Assembly (NCBI RefSeq): GCF_009914755.1
Contig: NC_060926.1
DNA: 64,000 nt
Reading direction: 5' to 3' (one strand)
From: the human T2T-CHM13v2.0 reference genome, Homo sapiens
In this document: positions 43,900-57,371 of the stretch, one piece after another
How the letters are laid out: each line of letters starts with the position of its first letter
How positions within the stretch are numbered: the first letter of the stretch is position 1
Position numbers and translations under genes: made by a program
The notes under the pieces: generated by a model
What the model saw: the letters and a program-made list of their open reading frames with translations, nothing else
Database searches by the model: none
What the model was told of the DNA's origin: nothing

Positions 43900-44860
43900 G
43901 ATCTAGCAAGGTAGGAAAATTATGCAGTAATAATAAGCAACCCTAAAATCAGTAGCATCAGAAGTCAATGGCTTTCTCGCTAGAACCATTGTTCACTGGG
44001 AGTGAGCCGGATGTTCTGGTCTGCATCACTGTAGTCCATGATCTAATATCTGACTATTGGGGCAGCCATGATCTGAAATAGTGGCCAAATTCATGAAGAA
44101 ATATGAGGAAATACATACTAATGTTCCTGGTTGAAAGTGTAACACATAACTACTGCTCAAATTGCCTTAAACAAAGCAAGTCACATGCCTGTGTCTGAGT
44201 TCCACAGAGTAGGGAAGTATAATTCTGCTACAGAGAAACAGATATTGTGGATGCCAAACAACAACTAAAGCTCATCCTACTTGTCACCAAATATTTGTTC
44301 CACCCTCTTTTGTACACGGAAAATGCATGATCCCTTCCACAGGAACTATTATCCCTTCCCTAGGGTGTTAACCTCAGAAGCAAGCTCTAAGTCCAGGTTC
44401 TCTGAGTGATGGCTGGCATTCTTCTTATCTGTTCTGAAGGTCGCTCCTTTTGTTCAAGAGAAGAGTGAATTAAAAAGACAAGTTATCTTCCTGTCACAGA
44501 CAATATTCAGTGGAGGAATGGGGACAGGACAATAGCTATAAAACTCCCATTAAGTAGTCACTGGTTTATAACAAATTCTGAAATTTCACTGTGAAGACAT
44601 TATGAGGGGATTCTACTCAGCTCCTGCAGAATTCAGTGCAAAATAAAAAGGCAAGGCCCCCTTTTCAAAAAATTTTAGCAGAGCATTAAACCAAGTATGG
44701 GGTCCTTCTGAACCTGAGGCAGTGTATAGCTGTACAAATCACACAACCATGAAGCCAGCCCTGACTTTACTTACTCTGGAGTGGGCAATATTCCTCAATG
44801 AGGCTATGATTTCTTCTCTAGCTGTGGCTGCCTGGAAGTTTGTTCCCAGTAGCCACTGAT
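43900..44860 (-). mobile_element. Old MaLR LTR (MLT1I/J-like) plus internal sequence (resumes at about 48047-48240)
   Basis: AAGCAACCCTAAAATC...AAAGCAAGTCACATG motifs, then MaLR-int-like sequence. Confidence 0.6.
44615..44763 (-). mobile_element. MER45A-like hAT-Tip100 MITE
   Basis: AGCAGAGCATTAAACCAAG...CCATGAAGCCAGCCCTG terminus. Confidence 0.8.
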
Positions 44861-44865
44861 TTTAC

Positions 44866-47800
44866 TTTTTATTTTATTTATTTTTCTTTATTTCTTCTAA
44901 AAAAATGGATACATGTGCAGAACATGCAGGTTTTTTACATAGGTGTAGGTGTGCCATGGTGGTTTTGTGCACCTATTGACCCATCCTCTAAGTTCCGTCT
45001 CCTTACCTCCCACCCCCCAACAGGCCCTAGTGTGTCCTGTTTCCCTCTCTGTGTCCATGTGTTCTCAATGCTCAACTCCCACTTATGAGTGACAACCTAC
45101 AGTGTCTGGTTTTCTGTTCCTGTGTTAGTTTGCTGAGGATGATGGCTTCCAGCTTCATCCATGTCCCTGCAAAGGACCGATCTCATTTCTTTTTTATGGC
45201 TGCATTGTATTCCATGGTGTATATGTATCACATTTTCTTCATCCAGTCTATCATTGATGAGCATTTGGGTTGGTTCCATGTCTTTGCTATTGGAAACAGT
45301 GCTGCAATAAACATATTGTGTGCATGTGTCCTTATAGTAGAATGATTTATATTCCTTTAGGTATATACCCAGTAATGGGATTGCTGGGTCAAGTGGTATT
45401 TCTGGTTCTAGATCCTTGAGGAATTGCCATACTGTCTTCCACAATGGTTGAACTAATTCACATTCCTACCAACAGTGTAAAGCATTCCTATTTCTCCACA
45501 GCCTTGCCAGCATCTATTGTTTCCTGATATTTTAATAATCACCATTCTGAATGGTGGGAGATGGTATCTCATTGTGGTTTTGATTTGCATTTCTCTGATG
45601 ATCAGTGATTTTGAGCTTTTTTCATATGTTTGTTGGCTGTGTAAATGTTTTCTTTTGGGAAGTGTCTGTTCATGACCTTTGCCCACTTTTTGATGGGATT
45701 GTTTGTTTTTCTTCTTTGAAGTCTGTTTAAATTCCTTGTAAATTCTGGATATTAGACCTTTGTCACATCAGTAGATGGCAAACATTTTCTTTCATTCTGT
45801 AGGCTGACTGTTCACTCTGATGATAGTTTCTTTTGCTATGTGGAAGCTCTTTAGTTAGATCCCATTTGTCAATTTTGGCTTTTGTTGTAATTGCTTTTGG
45901 CATTTTTGTCATGAAGTCTTTGCCTATGCCTATGTCCTGAATTCTATTATCTAGGTTTTCTTCTAGAGGGTTTTTATGGTTTTGGGTTTTACATTTAAGT
46001 CTTTAATCCATCTTGAGTTAATTTTTGTGTAAGACCAAGAAAGGGGTCCAGTTTCAGTTTTCTGCATATGGCTACCCAGTTTTCCCAGCACCATTTACTG
46101 AATAGGAGATCCTTTCCTTATTGCTTGTTTTTGTCAGGTTTGTTGAAGATCTGATGGTTGTAGATGTATGGTGTTATTTCTGAGGTCTCTGTTCTGCTCC
46201 ATTGGTCTATATATATGTTTTGGTACTAGTACCATGCTGTTTTGGTTACTGTAGCCTTGCAGTATAGTTTGAAGTCAGGTAGTGTGATGCCTCCAGCTTT
46301 GTTCTTTTTGCTTAGGATTGTCTTGGCTATGGGGGAGGGGGGTCTTCTTTGGTTCCACATGAAATTTACAATAGTTTTTCTCATTCTGTGAAGAATGTCA
46401 ATGGTAGTTCGATGGAAATAACATTGAATCTATAAATTACTTTGGGCAGTATGGCCATTTTCACAATATTGATTCTTCCTGTCTGTGAGGATGGAAAGTT
46501 TTTTCATTTGTGCCCTCTCTTATTTCCTTGATCAGTGCTTTGTAGTTCTCCTTGAAAAAGTCCTTCACATTCCTTGTTAGCTGTATTCCTAGGTATTTTA
46601 TTCTCTTTGTAGTAATTGTGAATGGGATTTCATTCACAATTTGGCTCCCTGCTTGCCTATTGTTGGTATAAAGGAATGCTTGTGATTTTTGCACATTGAT
46701 TTTGTATCCTGAGACTTTGCTGAAGTTGCTTATCAGTTCAAACAGTTTTTGGGCTGAGATGATGGGGTTTTCTAAATATAAAGTCATGTTTTCTGCAAAC
46801 AGAGACTATTTGACTTCCTCTCTTCCTATTTGAATACCCTTTGTTTCCTTCTCTTGCCTGATTGCCCTGGCCAGAACTTCCAATACTATGTTGAATAGGA
46901 ATGGTGAGAGAGGGCATCCCTATCTTGTACCAGTTTTTAAAGGGCGTGCTTTTGCCTATTCAGTATGATATTGGTTGTCGGTTTGTCATAAATAGCTCTT
47001 ATTATTTTGAGGTACGTTCCATCAATACTTATTTTATTGAGAGGTTTTAACATGATGGGATGTTCGATTTTATCGAAGGCCTTTTCTGCATCTATTGAGA
47101 TAATCATGTGGTTTTTGTCTTTGGTTCTGTTTATGTGATGGATTACATTTATTGATTTGCATATGTTGAACCAGCCTTGCGTGCCAGGGATGAAGCTGAC
47201 TTGATAGTGGTTTATAAGTTTTTCGATGTGCTGCTGGATTCGGTTTGCCAGTATTTTATTGAGGATTTTCGCATTGGTGTTCGTCGGGGATATTGGCCTG
47301 AAGATTTTTTGTTGTTGTTGTTTCTCTTCCTAGTTTTGATACCAGGATGATGCTGGCTTCATAAAATGAGTTGGGGAGGAGTCCCTCCTTCTCAATTGTT
47401 TGGAATAGTTTCAGAAGAAATGGTACCAGCTCCTCTTTGTATCTCTGGTAGAATTCATCTCTCTGGTCCAGCTCCTCTTTCTCTTTCTGGTAGAATTCAC
47501 CCATCTGGTCCAGGGCTTTTTTTGGTTGGTAGGCTTTTAATTGCTGCCTCAATTTCAGAACTTGTTATTGGTCTATTCAGTGATTTGACTTCTCCCTGGT
47601 TTAGTCTTGGAAGGGTATATGTGTTCAGGAATTTATCAATTTCTTCTAGATTTTCTAGTTTATTTGTATAGAGGTATTTATAGTGTTCTTTGATAGTAGT
47701 TTGTATTTCTGTAGGGTCAGTGGTGATATGCCCTTTATCATTTTTTATCGTGTCTATTTGATTCTTCTCTTCTTTATTAGTCTAGCTAGTGGTCTATCTA

Positions 47801-48046
47801 TTTTGTTAATTTTTCAAAAAGCCAGCTCCTGGATTCATTGATTTTTTGGAGGAGTTTTCATGTCTCTATCTCCTTCAATTCTTCTCTGATCTTCGTTATT
47901 TCTTGTCTTCTGCTAGCTTTTGGATTAGTTTGCTCTTGCCTCTTTAGCTTTCTGTATTGTGATGTTAGAGTGTCGATTTGAGACCTTTCTAGCTCTGTGA
48001 TGTGGGCATTTAGTGCTATGAATTTCCCTCTTAATACTGCTGTAGC
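44866..48046 (-). mobile_element. LINE-1 L1PA8-like, 5'-truncated (about 3.2 kb)
   Basis: 3' end TTCTTCTAAAAAAATGGATACATGTGCAGAAC...CCTCTAAGTTCC (L1PA8 type); decayed ORF2 RT region; CTTTT/AA at the 5' junction. Confidence 0.92.
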
Positions 48047-48243
48047 CTTTTAAGAGTTCCTTCCTACTCCTGTTCATTTTGGCTGCATTTGAAGAGGGCA
48101 TTGGGGAAAATGACCTGTGGAGTGCCAAAGACATTTCTTAGCCTTCTTCTTGCTTGTAAAGATTGCAGGCTAGGGGTCATTTTAACATTTGAAAAGTCAG
48201 TCTCTTTTAGTCCAGGCTAGAGGATATTGGGCAGTATAACTTT

Positions 48244-48624
48244 TGTATTAGTTCCCTAGGGTTACTGTAACAACCTCAGACCTGGTGGCATAAAACAACA
48301 GACATTTATTCTTTTACAGTTCTGGAGGCCAGAAGTCCAAAGCCAAGGTGTTGGCAGGGTTGGTTCCTTCTTGAGTGCTCAGAAAGAAAATCTGTTCTAT
48401 GTCTCTCTCCTGGTTTCTGGTTATTGCTGGCAATCCTTGATATTACTTGGCCCAAATTACTCAAATCTTTGCTTTCATTTTCACATAGGATCCTCCCTGG
48501 TGTTTCTGTGTCTGTGTCCAAATTTCTGTCTTCTTATAAAGATATCAGTCTTTGGATTAGGCTTTATCCTAAACCAGTAGGACTTCATCTTAACCTGATG
48601 ACATCTGCAAAGCACCTATTTCCA
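48244..48624 (-). mobile_element. MaLR LTR (MLT1B-like), 5' end missing
   Basis: TGTATTAGTTCCCTAGGG...ACAGTTCTGGAGGCCAGAAGTCC...ACATCTGCAAAG. Confidence 0.88.
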
Positions 48625-48957
48625 TCACTCCATCATGGTATTCATGATAGCATTTGGAGACGGGGCTTTTGGGAAATAATTAGGGGTAAATGAGATCATG
48701 AAGTAGAAGCCCTCATGAGGGGATTAACGCCCTTGTAAGAAGAGACACCAGCAAGCTTGCTCTCTCTCTCTCTCCATGTGAGGATACAGTGAGAAGGCAG
48801 TCATCCACAAGCCAGGAAGAGAAACCTCACAAGAAATGGAATAAGACAGCATCTTGATCTGGGACTTCACAGCCTCTAGAACTGTCAGAAATAATATTTT
48901 TGTTTAAGCCACCTACTTTATGGAATTTTGCCATAACATTCCAAATAGACTAAGACT
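48625..48957 (+). mobile_element. MaLR LTR (MLT1A-like), 5' end missing
   Basis: GGGGCTTTTGGGAAATAATTAGG...CCATGTGAGGATACAGTGAGAAGGC...ATAGACTAAGAC. Confidence 0.88.
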
Positions 48958-49034
48958 AAGACTAGTGCTGGAAGAGGTCCATGCTTCTCAACACAATACA
49001 GTAAAAAAGAAAACGATACAAGATTTGTAGCGAG

Positions 49035-49790
49035 AAATACAATCAAAACTTCAAAACTAAAATGTAATACTACTCCCTATCCACTGAGATGACTAGAATA
49101 AAAAAGATATAGCATTACAAATGTTGGCAAGAATGTGAAGAGATTGAAACTCATATGTTTATGGTAAAAATAAAAAATAATGCGGCAACTCTGGATATAG
49201 TTTGGCAGTTCCTCAAAAATGTAAACATTGGGCCATCATATGACCCAGCAATTCCACTCCTAGGTATATATCTAAGTGAATTTAAAATATATATCCACAG
49301 TAAAATCTGTGCACAAATGTTTATGGCAGTGTTATTAATAATAAACAAAAGGTAAAACCAACCAAAATATACATCAACTGACGAATGGATAAACAAAATT
49401 GGCAAATCCTTTCAATTAAATAGTATTTGGCAAAAAAGAATGAAATACTAATGTATGCTACAACGTTGATGTACCTTAAAAACATTATGCTAAGTGAAAT
49501 AAACCAGTCATAAAAGACCACATGTTTTATGATTCCATTTATAAATGTCCAGAATGGGCAAACTTATAGAGACAAAATGTAGATTAGTGGTTGCTAGGAG
49601 TTAAAGGGGAAATGGGCTGTGATTGCTAAAAGGTATAAGGTTCTTTTTGCAGTAATAAAACTGTTCTAAAATTAGATATTGGTGGTGGTTGCATGACTGT
49701 GAATATGCTAAAAACCACTGAGATATGCACTTTTAAAAAGTGAGTTTCATGTTTTGAGAATTATGTATAAACAAAGGTATTATTTTTAAA
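49035..49790 (+). mobile_element. L1MB/MC-type 3' end
   Basis: TGACCCAGCAATTCCACTCCTAGGTATATA...ATTATGCTAAGTGAAA...AAAACCACTGA. Confidence 0.85.
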
Positions 49791-49821
49791 ACTTTATGGC
49801 AGAATCCCATGTTTGTATCTA

Positions 49822-52800
49822 TTTTTTCTTTATAATTGATACATAATAATTGTACATATTTATGGAGTACAGTGTGATGTTTCAATGCATGTACACATTG
49901 TGTAATGATCAAATTAAAGTAGTTAGCATGTCCATCACCTCAAACTTTTATTATTTATTTGTGTTGATAACTTTCAAGATTCTCTTTTCTAGATATCTTG
50001 AAATATACAATACATTGTTATTAGCTATAGTAAGTTTAGTATGTAATAGAACACCAGAACTTATTCTTCCTCTCTAATTGTGACTTTGTACCCATTGACA
50101 AATGTCTCCCCATTTTTCCCTCCCCCTGCCCCTTCCCAGCATCTGATAGCTACTATTCTACTTTCTACTTCTATGAGATCAACTTTTTTAGATTCCACAT
50201 ACTAAAAAGATCATGCAGTATTTATCTTTCTGTGCCTGGTTTATTTTACTTCATATTATGACCCCCAGGTTCATCCATGTTGCTAAAGTGACAAGATTTT
50301 ATTCTTTTTTATAGCTTATAGCTGAATAGTATTCCACTGTGAGTGTGTCTATGTGCATATATACACACCACGTTTTCTTTATCTATTTATCTGTTGAACA
50401 TTTAGGTTGATTCTATTACTTGGCTAACGTTAATGGTGCTGCAATAGACATGAGAGCATAGATTATCAGGGGAAATTCAACCCCTGATATTTCACGTGGG
50501 TCGTTTTCTGTTTTCCCCAAGTGTCGGCCGGTCTGATAAATAAAGGCAAAGAGTACAAAAGAGAGAAATTTTAAAGCTGGGTGTCCGGAGGAGACATCAC
50601 ATGTAGGCAGGTTCCCTGATGCCCCCCAAGCCACAAAACCAGCAAGTTTTTATTAGTGATTTCCAAAAGGGGAGGGAGTGTACGAATAGGGTGTGGGTCA
50701 CAGAGATCACATGCTTCACAAGGTAATAAAATATCACAAGGCAAACGGAGGCAGGGCAAGATCACAGGACTGGGACAAAATTAAAATTGCTAATGAAGTT
50801 TCAGGCACCCGTTGTCATTGATAACATCTTATCAGGACACAGAGTTTGAGAGCAGACAACCATTCTGACCAAAATTTATTAGGCGGGAATTTCCTCCTCC
50901 TAATAAGCCTAGGAGCACTACGGGAGACTGGGGCTTATTTCATCCCTTGTCTACAATCATAAAAGACAGATGTTCCCAAAGTGGCTATTTCAGAGGCCTC
51001 CCCTTAGGAACGCATTCTCTTTCTCAGGGATGTTCCTTACCGAGAAAAAGATTTCAGTGATATTTCCCCTATTTGCTTTTGCAAGAAGAGAAATATGACT
51101 CTGTTCCGCCCAGCCCACAAGCAGCCAGACTTTAAGGTTATCTCCCTTGTTCCGTGAATATCGCTGTTATCCTGTTCTTTTTTCAAGGTGCCCAGATTTC
51201 ATATTGTTCAAACATACATGCTCTACAAACAATTTGTGCAGTTAACGCAATAATCACAGGGTCCTGAGGCGAGATTCATCCTCAGCTTACAAAAATGACA
51301 GGATTAAGAGATTAAAGTAAAGACAGGCATAGGAAATCACAAGAGTATTGATTCGGGGAAGTGATAAATGTCCATTAAATCTTCACAATTTATGTTCAGA
51401 GATTGCAGTAAAGACAGGCGTAAGAAATTACAAAAGTATTAATTTGGGGAACTAATAAATGTCCGTGAAATCTTCACAATTTATGTTCTTCTGCCATGGC
51501 TTCAGCCGGTCTCTCCGTTTGGGGTCCCTGACTTCCTGCAACAACTGATATCATTTCAATATACTGATTTAAATTCCTTTGGATATATATGTAGTAGTGG
51601 AATTGTTGGATCATATGATAGTTCTATTTTTAGTTTTTTGACTAATTTCTATATTGTTTTCCATAATGGCTGTACTAATTTGCATTCCCACCAAGAGTGT
51701 ATAAAAGTTCCCCTTTCTCCACACATTTTCCAGCATTTGTTATTTTTTTGTGTTTTTTGTTATAGCCATTCTAATTGGAGTAAAGTATTACCTCATTGTG
51801 AATTTTCCTGATTATTAGTGATGTTGAGCAGTTTTTGTATACCTATAGGCCATTTGTATGTCTCCTTTACAGAAATGTCTATTCAGGTTTTTTGCCCATT
51901 TTTTCAAAATTGTTTTGTTTTTATACTATTATATTGATTTTTCTGTATATTCCGAATATTAACCCCAGGTTGAATGCATAATTCAGAAATATTTTCTTCC
52001 ATTCTGTGGGTTGTCTTTTTACTCTGTTGATGTTTTCTTTGTTGAGTAAAAGCTGTCTAGCTTGATGCAATCTCATTTGTCCATATTTTGTTTTATTGCC
52101 TGTTTTTTTGAGATCCTACCCCAAAATTCCTTGCCTCAGCAAATATCATGAAGTGTTTCTTCTCTGCTTTCTTCTAGTAGTTTTATAGTTTGGGTCTTAG
52201 ATTTAAGTCTGTTATTCATTTTGAGTTGATTTTTTGTATAAGGTGAGAGATAGGGTCTAGTTTCATTTTTCTTCATGTGGATATCTAGTTTCCCCAGCAT
52301 CAATTATTGAAGAGACTGTCTTTTCCAAAATATATGTTCTTAATATCTTTGACAAAAATCAGTTAGCTATAAATGCATGGATTTATTTCTGTGCTCTCTA
52401 TTCTGTTCCATTGGTCTATGTATCTGCTTTTATGACAGTAACATGCTGTTTTGGGTATTATAGCTTTATAGTATAATTTGAAGTCAGGTAGTATGATGCC
52501 TCCATCTTTGTTTTCAGGTTGTTTTGTAGATCCTTTCTTCCTGTTTTTCTCTTACTGTCTTACTTTCTTCCTGTCTTCCTTTGTGGTTAAATGATTTTCT
52601 CTAGCAGTATGTTTTAATTCTGTGGTAGTTATTTTTCGTGTATCTACCATGAAGCTTACAAAAAAACCTTCTTGTTATAATAGGTTATTTAAATTGATAA
52701 CAACTTAACTTTGATTGCAAAGAAAATGAAAATAAGAAAATTATACTCTACACATTAACACCGTTTTCCCACCAGAGTTTGACTTTTTGATGTTTTCATG

Positions 52801-54822
52801 TACAACTTTTTATATTGCCTATCCCTCAACTAGTTATTGTAGTTACTGTCTTTAGCATTTTGTCTTTTAGCCTTCATACTTAAGATAAAAGCACATTTAC
52901 ATACCACAGTTACAGCGTTAGAGTATTCTGAATTTGTACCTATTCTTACTTTTACCAGTGAGCTTCATACCGTCAGATGCTTTCTTTTTACACACTAATG
53001 TTCTTTTATTTTGGATTGAAGAACCACTTGTAGCATTTCTTGTGAGACAGGTACAGCGTTGATCAATACTCTCAGCTTTTGTTTGTCTGGGAGTCTTTAT
53101 CACTCCTTTGGGTTTGAAGGATAGTTTTTCTGGGTATGGTATCCTTGGCTTCCAATTGTTTTTCCTTTCCTTGCTTTGAATATATCATTCCACTCTCTAC
53201 TGACCTGTAGAGTTTCTGCTGACAAATCCACTGAAAGCTATATTAGGGGTCCATTGACTGTAATATGTTTTATTTTCTTGTTGCTTTGAATTATTTCTTT
53301 GCTTTTGATTTTTGATAATTTAATTATTATGTGACTTAGGGAAATTTAATTTGAGTTGAATTTGATTGATCAGCTCTGACCTTCCTATATCTGGATGTTG
53401 TCATCTTTCTCCAAATTAAAAAGAATTAACCATTATTTTCTTAAATATGCTTTCTAGGCCTTTTTATCCCCTCTCATCTTTCTCAGGAATTTCTATCATG
53501 TGAATGTTAGTTCACTTGATGTGTCCCATAATTCTCTCAGGCCTTTTTCACTCTTTTTAATTATTATTATTTTTTCTTTTTGTTCCTCTGATTGGATAAT
53601 TTCATATGTTCTGTTTTCAAGCTTGCTGGTCCTTTCCTCTGTTTGATCAAATCTTGTTGAAGCTTTCTAATAAGTCTTTCAGTTCAGTTATTGTATTATT
53701 TATTTCTTGGATTTCCATTTGGTTTTTTAATAGTTTCTATTTTTTGTCAAGTTTTTCATTTTGTTCCTGTATTGTTTTCCAAATTTTATTTAATTTAGTA
53801 TTCATATTTTCTCGTGATTCCTCAACTTCTTTAAGAGAATTATTTGGAATTCTTGGTCAAGCATTTCATAGGTCTTCAATCTTCTGGGACCATTGCCATA
53901 GACTTGTTATTTTCTTTTGGTGATGTCATATTTCCCCAAGGTTTCACAGTCTTTGTGTCTTTACATTGATGGCTGCATATTTGAGAACATTGCCACCTTT
54001 TCCAGCTTTTGCAGGTGTTCTTTGCAGGTGGTGTTATACTTTTACTATCTAATATCAGAACTTAATTGCTGGTCTGTTGTTGCTTCTCATTCTAGGGAGG
54101 ACTTGTATGGAGCACTGAAAATAAAACACTGCACCAGAAATGAGTCACTGCTCTGTGATTGTTTTCTAATCTGGGATAGACTCAAGCAAGCACTGGAACT
54201 GAATCACTGACCTTTTCATTGTTACTTGCTGTGGGAAAGGCTGGACATGGAAAACTGGGCTTTGTGGGAAATATACCCAGGGATTCAGGCCTTCCCACAG
54301 ATTCTGCCCCCATGCAGTACTAAGGTGCCAGCCAGTCTCCTTAGCAAAGTATCCCCACTGATCGGAGTGCAGAGTAGCTGCCATAAACTGAGTGCCACTC
54401 CCTGCAATCAACACCTCCTCTCTTGGTTCCCAATTCACCCCAAGTGTTTCAGGGCTCCTGACATACCCAATCATTCACGTAAAATGGGACAATAGTGGGC
54501 TTCCCGTGAAGATTCCTAGACCAGTGGGGAGATTGAATGTTTACCTCCAATTTCTTCCTTCCATTTTGGAATCTGTGTGTCTAGGGAAATTCTCAGTGAG
54601 TGATACTATGCTGGCTTTGGGAAGGGGCTGGCACAGTCTAAAATAATTGTTCCTACTGGTCGCAGTTTCTCTTGACTATGAAAGCCTAGAAGGTTTCTCC
54701 ACTTGTCCTCTAATTTCTGGTGAATTTATGGTGATAATCTCATCTTTGAATAGTTTCTAGTAGTATTTTTGTGGAGATAGTCGTGCCTGGGGATTTTATA
54801 TTTCACCATCTGCTGACATCAT
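49822..54822 (-). mobile_element. L1MA-type element, 5'UTR to 3'UTR, with most of ORF2 deleted and a MER11 insertion
   Basis: L1MA 3' end (TTGTACATATTTATGGAGTACAGTGTGATG). ORF1-like region at 52520-53900. 5' terminus motif TGATGTCAGCAGATGG (minus strand) near 54805-54820. Confidence 0.8.
50464..51543 (-). mobile_element. MER11 (B/C-like) solo LTR of HERV-K11/HML-8
   Basis: Minus strand starts TGTTGCAGGAAGTCAGGGACCCC. About 1.08 kb with the family's internal ~90-bp tandem repeat (51308-51488); degenerate 6-bp TSD ATAGAT/ACTGAT. Confidence 0.92.
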
Positions 54823-54845
54823 TCCTATGCCAATTTTCTTTTAGC

Positions 54846-55530
54846 AGTCACTATAGGCTGTTATACTTGGGTAACAAACAACTCCAGAATCTCCATGGCT
54901 TATGAAAACATTTATCTTAAACTCATGCTATATGTTGATTATACATTATCTGAAGTTTCTGATCTGTTTCATTGCTATCCTCACTCTGAGACCTAATTAA
55001 TTTAGAGATGCTGTATGGAGCAATGGTGGGTCACCATGGGAGAAGAAAAAGAGAATGTAATAGAGTGTTCTGTTACATTCTTGAAGCTTCTACTTGGAAA
55101 TAACATATCTTGATTTTGCTTATGTTGACCAAAGGCAGCTTACCAGGCTATGACTGAATTATATTAGGTAGAAAAAGTGTAAGCCTGCAATGTGCTTAGA
55201 AGCAACATGAACAAAATATTTGTGGAGTGGCCTAATGACTATTATTAACTTTGCATGAAAAGGCAGATTTGACTAGGGAAACTCTGCAACACATCCTGGG
55301 GCCAGGAAAAAAGGACAGTCATACTCTATGGCATTTCTTTCTCACCTGGGTGAACTAGAAGTACAAAAGGGTCAAGTGGAAATAGGCAGTGGTCCTTAAG
55401 AACAGGCACACTGCTACTTTCACCCACATTGTATTGGTCAAAAACAAGTCACGTAGCCAATATCAGCATCAATGGGGCAGATATACGTTCTTTGCATGGT
55501 TTGAGGGAAAGAGGAAACATTTGCTAAATA
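54846..55530 (-). mobile_element. Old MaLR LTR fragments (MLT1J/K-like)
   Basis: GTAACAAACAACTCCAGAATCTCCATGGCTTA; CACATTGTATTGGTCAAAAACAAGTCACGTAGCC. Confidence 0.65.
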
Positions 55531-55544
55531 ATAATCGAATCTGC

Positions 55545-55760
55545 TTAATTAGGTATTAGACCTTGCTCTAAGCTTTTTACATGTAAGCACTCATTTTATT
55601 CTCATAACAAACCCAAGAGGTAGGTACTGTACATTATTTTCACATATTTTACAAAGGAGCCAATTGAGGAGCAGAGAGTAACAGTCCCAATATCTGATAG
55701 CTTGCAGATGAAATCTGTATATAAATTCAGGCAATCTCATCCCATTTTTCTATGCTCTTT
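55545..55760 (-). mobile_element. MIR
   Basis: TTCTCATAACAAACCCAAGAGGTAGGTACT...TTTTACAAAGGAG. Confidence 0.7.
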
Positions 55761-57371
55761 ATTTTCTATATTCCTGTGTCCATCCTTTCCTGTCACTTTA
55801 CTGTATCTCTCACTGAACAAAGTCCAAAACTTATATTGATGGTATTTTAACTTGCTAAAGAGTGAAAATAACTCCTTTCAAGTTAAAAAATGGCAAGCAT
55901 ATTACTTATCAATTGTTGAATGTTAAATATTCAGTGAGTGTGGAAATACATTATGGGAAAAAGCAACTACAAATTCACTTTTAGAACACTTTGTATTTTA
56001 TTTCTCACAATTATGTCTATACTCATTTGACAAAAAAGTGTGTGTGTGTGGTTGTGTGTCTGTACAAGACATTATTCATTCTATAGACAAGACCTTAAGT
56101 ACACTTGAATTTTTGAACCTTCCTAGGTATCTGAGTTCCACAAGTTGAAGATGACAATCTGTGGCAATTCTACAATATTGTAAAGTTCATCTACATATCT
56201 CTTGTCAGTTAACATTATCATAGCTTTACATGGAAATAGAAAACTAATAACCCATTGAAATAATGTTGCACTGCAAACATTTGATATATATTACCTCTCT
56301 TGCCTTTGGCTCATATTGACTAACTGCTCAAGATGTGATTAGGTGTGTACAATAATTCCTGCCCTAGTCCTAGAGGAGAAAGGAAACAAAGGGCAGGATC
56401 TGACTTTTCTTTTGTTTATTGTTATTGTTTACTTTTCCTCAAAGGTAGCCAAACAGAGTTCCCTAGGTCAAATTTTATTTATAGTCAACATATCTCTTCC
56501 TCTCTCTTCAACAACAAAAGCAAAACTGTGGAGCGTGTGATGCTTTTGTTAAAAAAAAAAAAAGATAGGAAGCTATATGCACTGTATGTAGAAATCTATT
56601 TCACAGAGGGAAAAAAGAAAAAAGAGTATTATTTTACAAAGCTTGGTGGAGAACCATGTGGTTAGTTAAAATTATGAGGCATAAAGCAGGCAAGATCCAG
56701 AATTTAGCCTTCTGGCATCATTCAATTAGAATGGAAGTCTGCACTGATCATGATGTTAAAATTCAATGTAAAATTCTTCAAAAAGAACTGTCTAAGTACT
56801 TTTTTGGAGGTTTCTCCCTTTCTTTCCAACCTCTGAGTATTTTAAATTTCAACTGGTATCCAAGTTCATAGCTAATTTTAACATGTGTATGAATGAGAGA
56901 GTGTGTTTGAATACATATATGTATACATGCATAAGATTATATGCATGCACTCATTTATTGGTGATATGTGGATAAGGTGGACTTAAGTAGACATTTCATT
57001 TCCAAATGTGTTTAGAATAAGGTTAAAAGTTGAGCCATAGCTTTTAAAAATAGGATGTATTCAAATTGTTACACAAGTAATTCATGTTCAATGTATGACA
57101 TTTTGAAGCCACCAAATCAAAAATAAACAAAAGTACAAATCTATATCATTTGATCCTAATATTCGGGTGTATAATCTTCTAGATTCTTCCCATTTTATAT
57201 ATATATACATTTTTATATATATATATAAGTTTTTAATTCAGATACAATATTTGCAAAGTGTTTTTTCCCTTAATATTCGTTGTCTGAAAAAATTCCCCAC
57301 AAACACTTGTCCAATTATTTCCTTAAGATAGTTTTCTGGAAATATTTGGATGAAAAGAGATGCCAGAACTA

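Noticed and set aside
51308-51488. ~90-bp tandem repeat, superficially array-like
   Set aside because: A known internal feature of MER11 LTRs; two units with no spacers, so not CRISPR-like.
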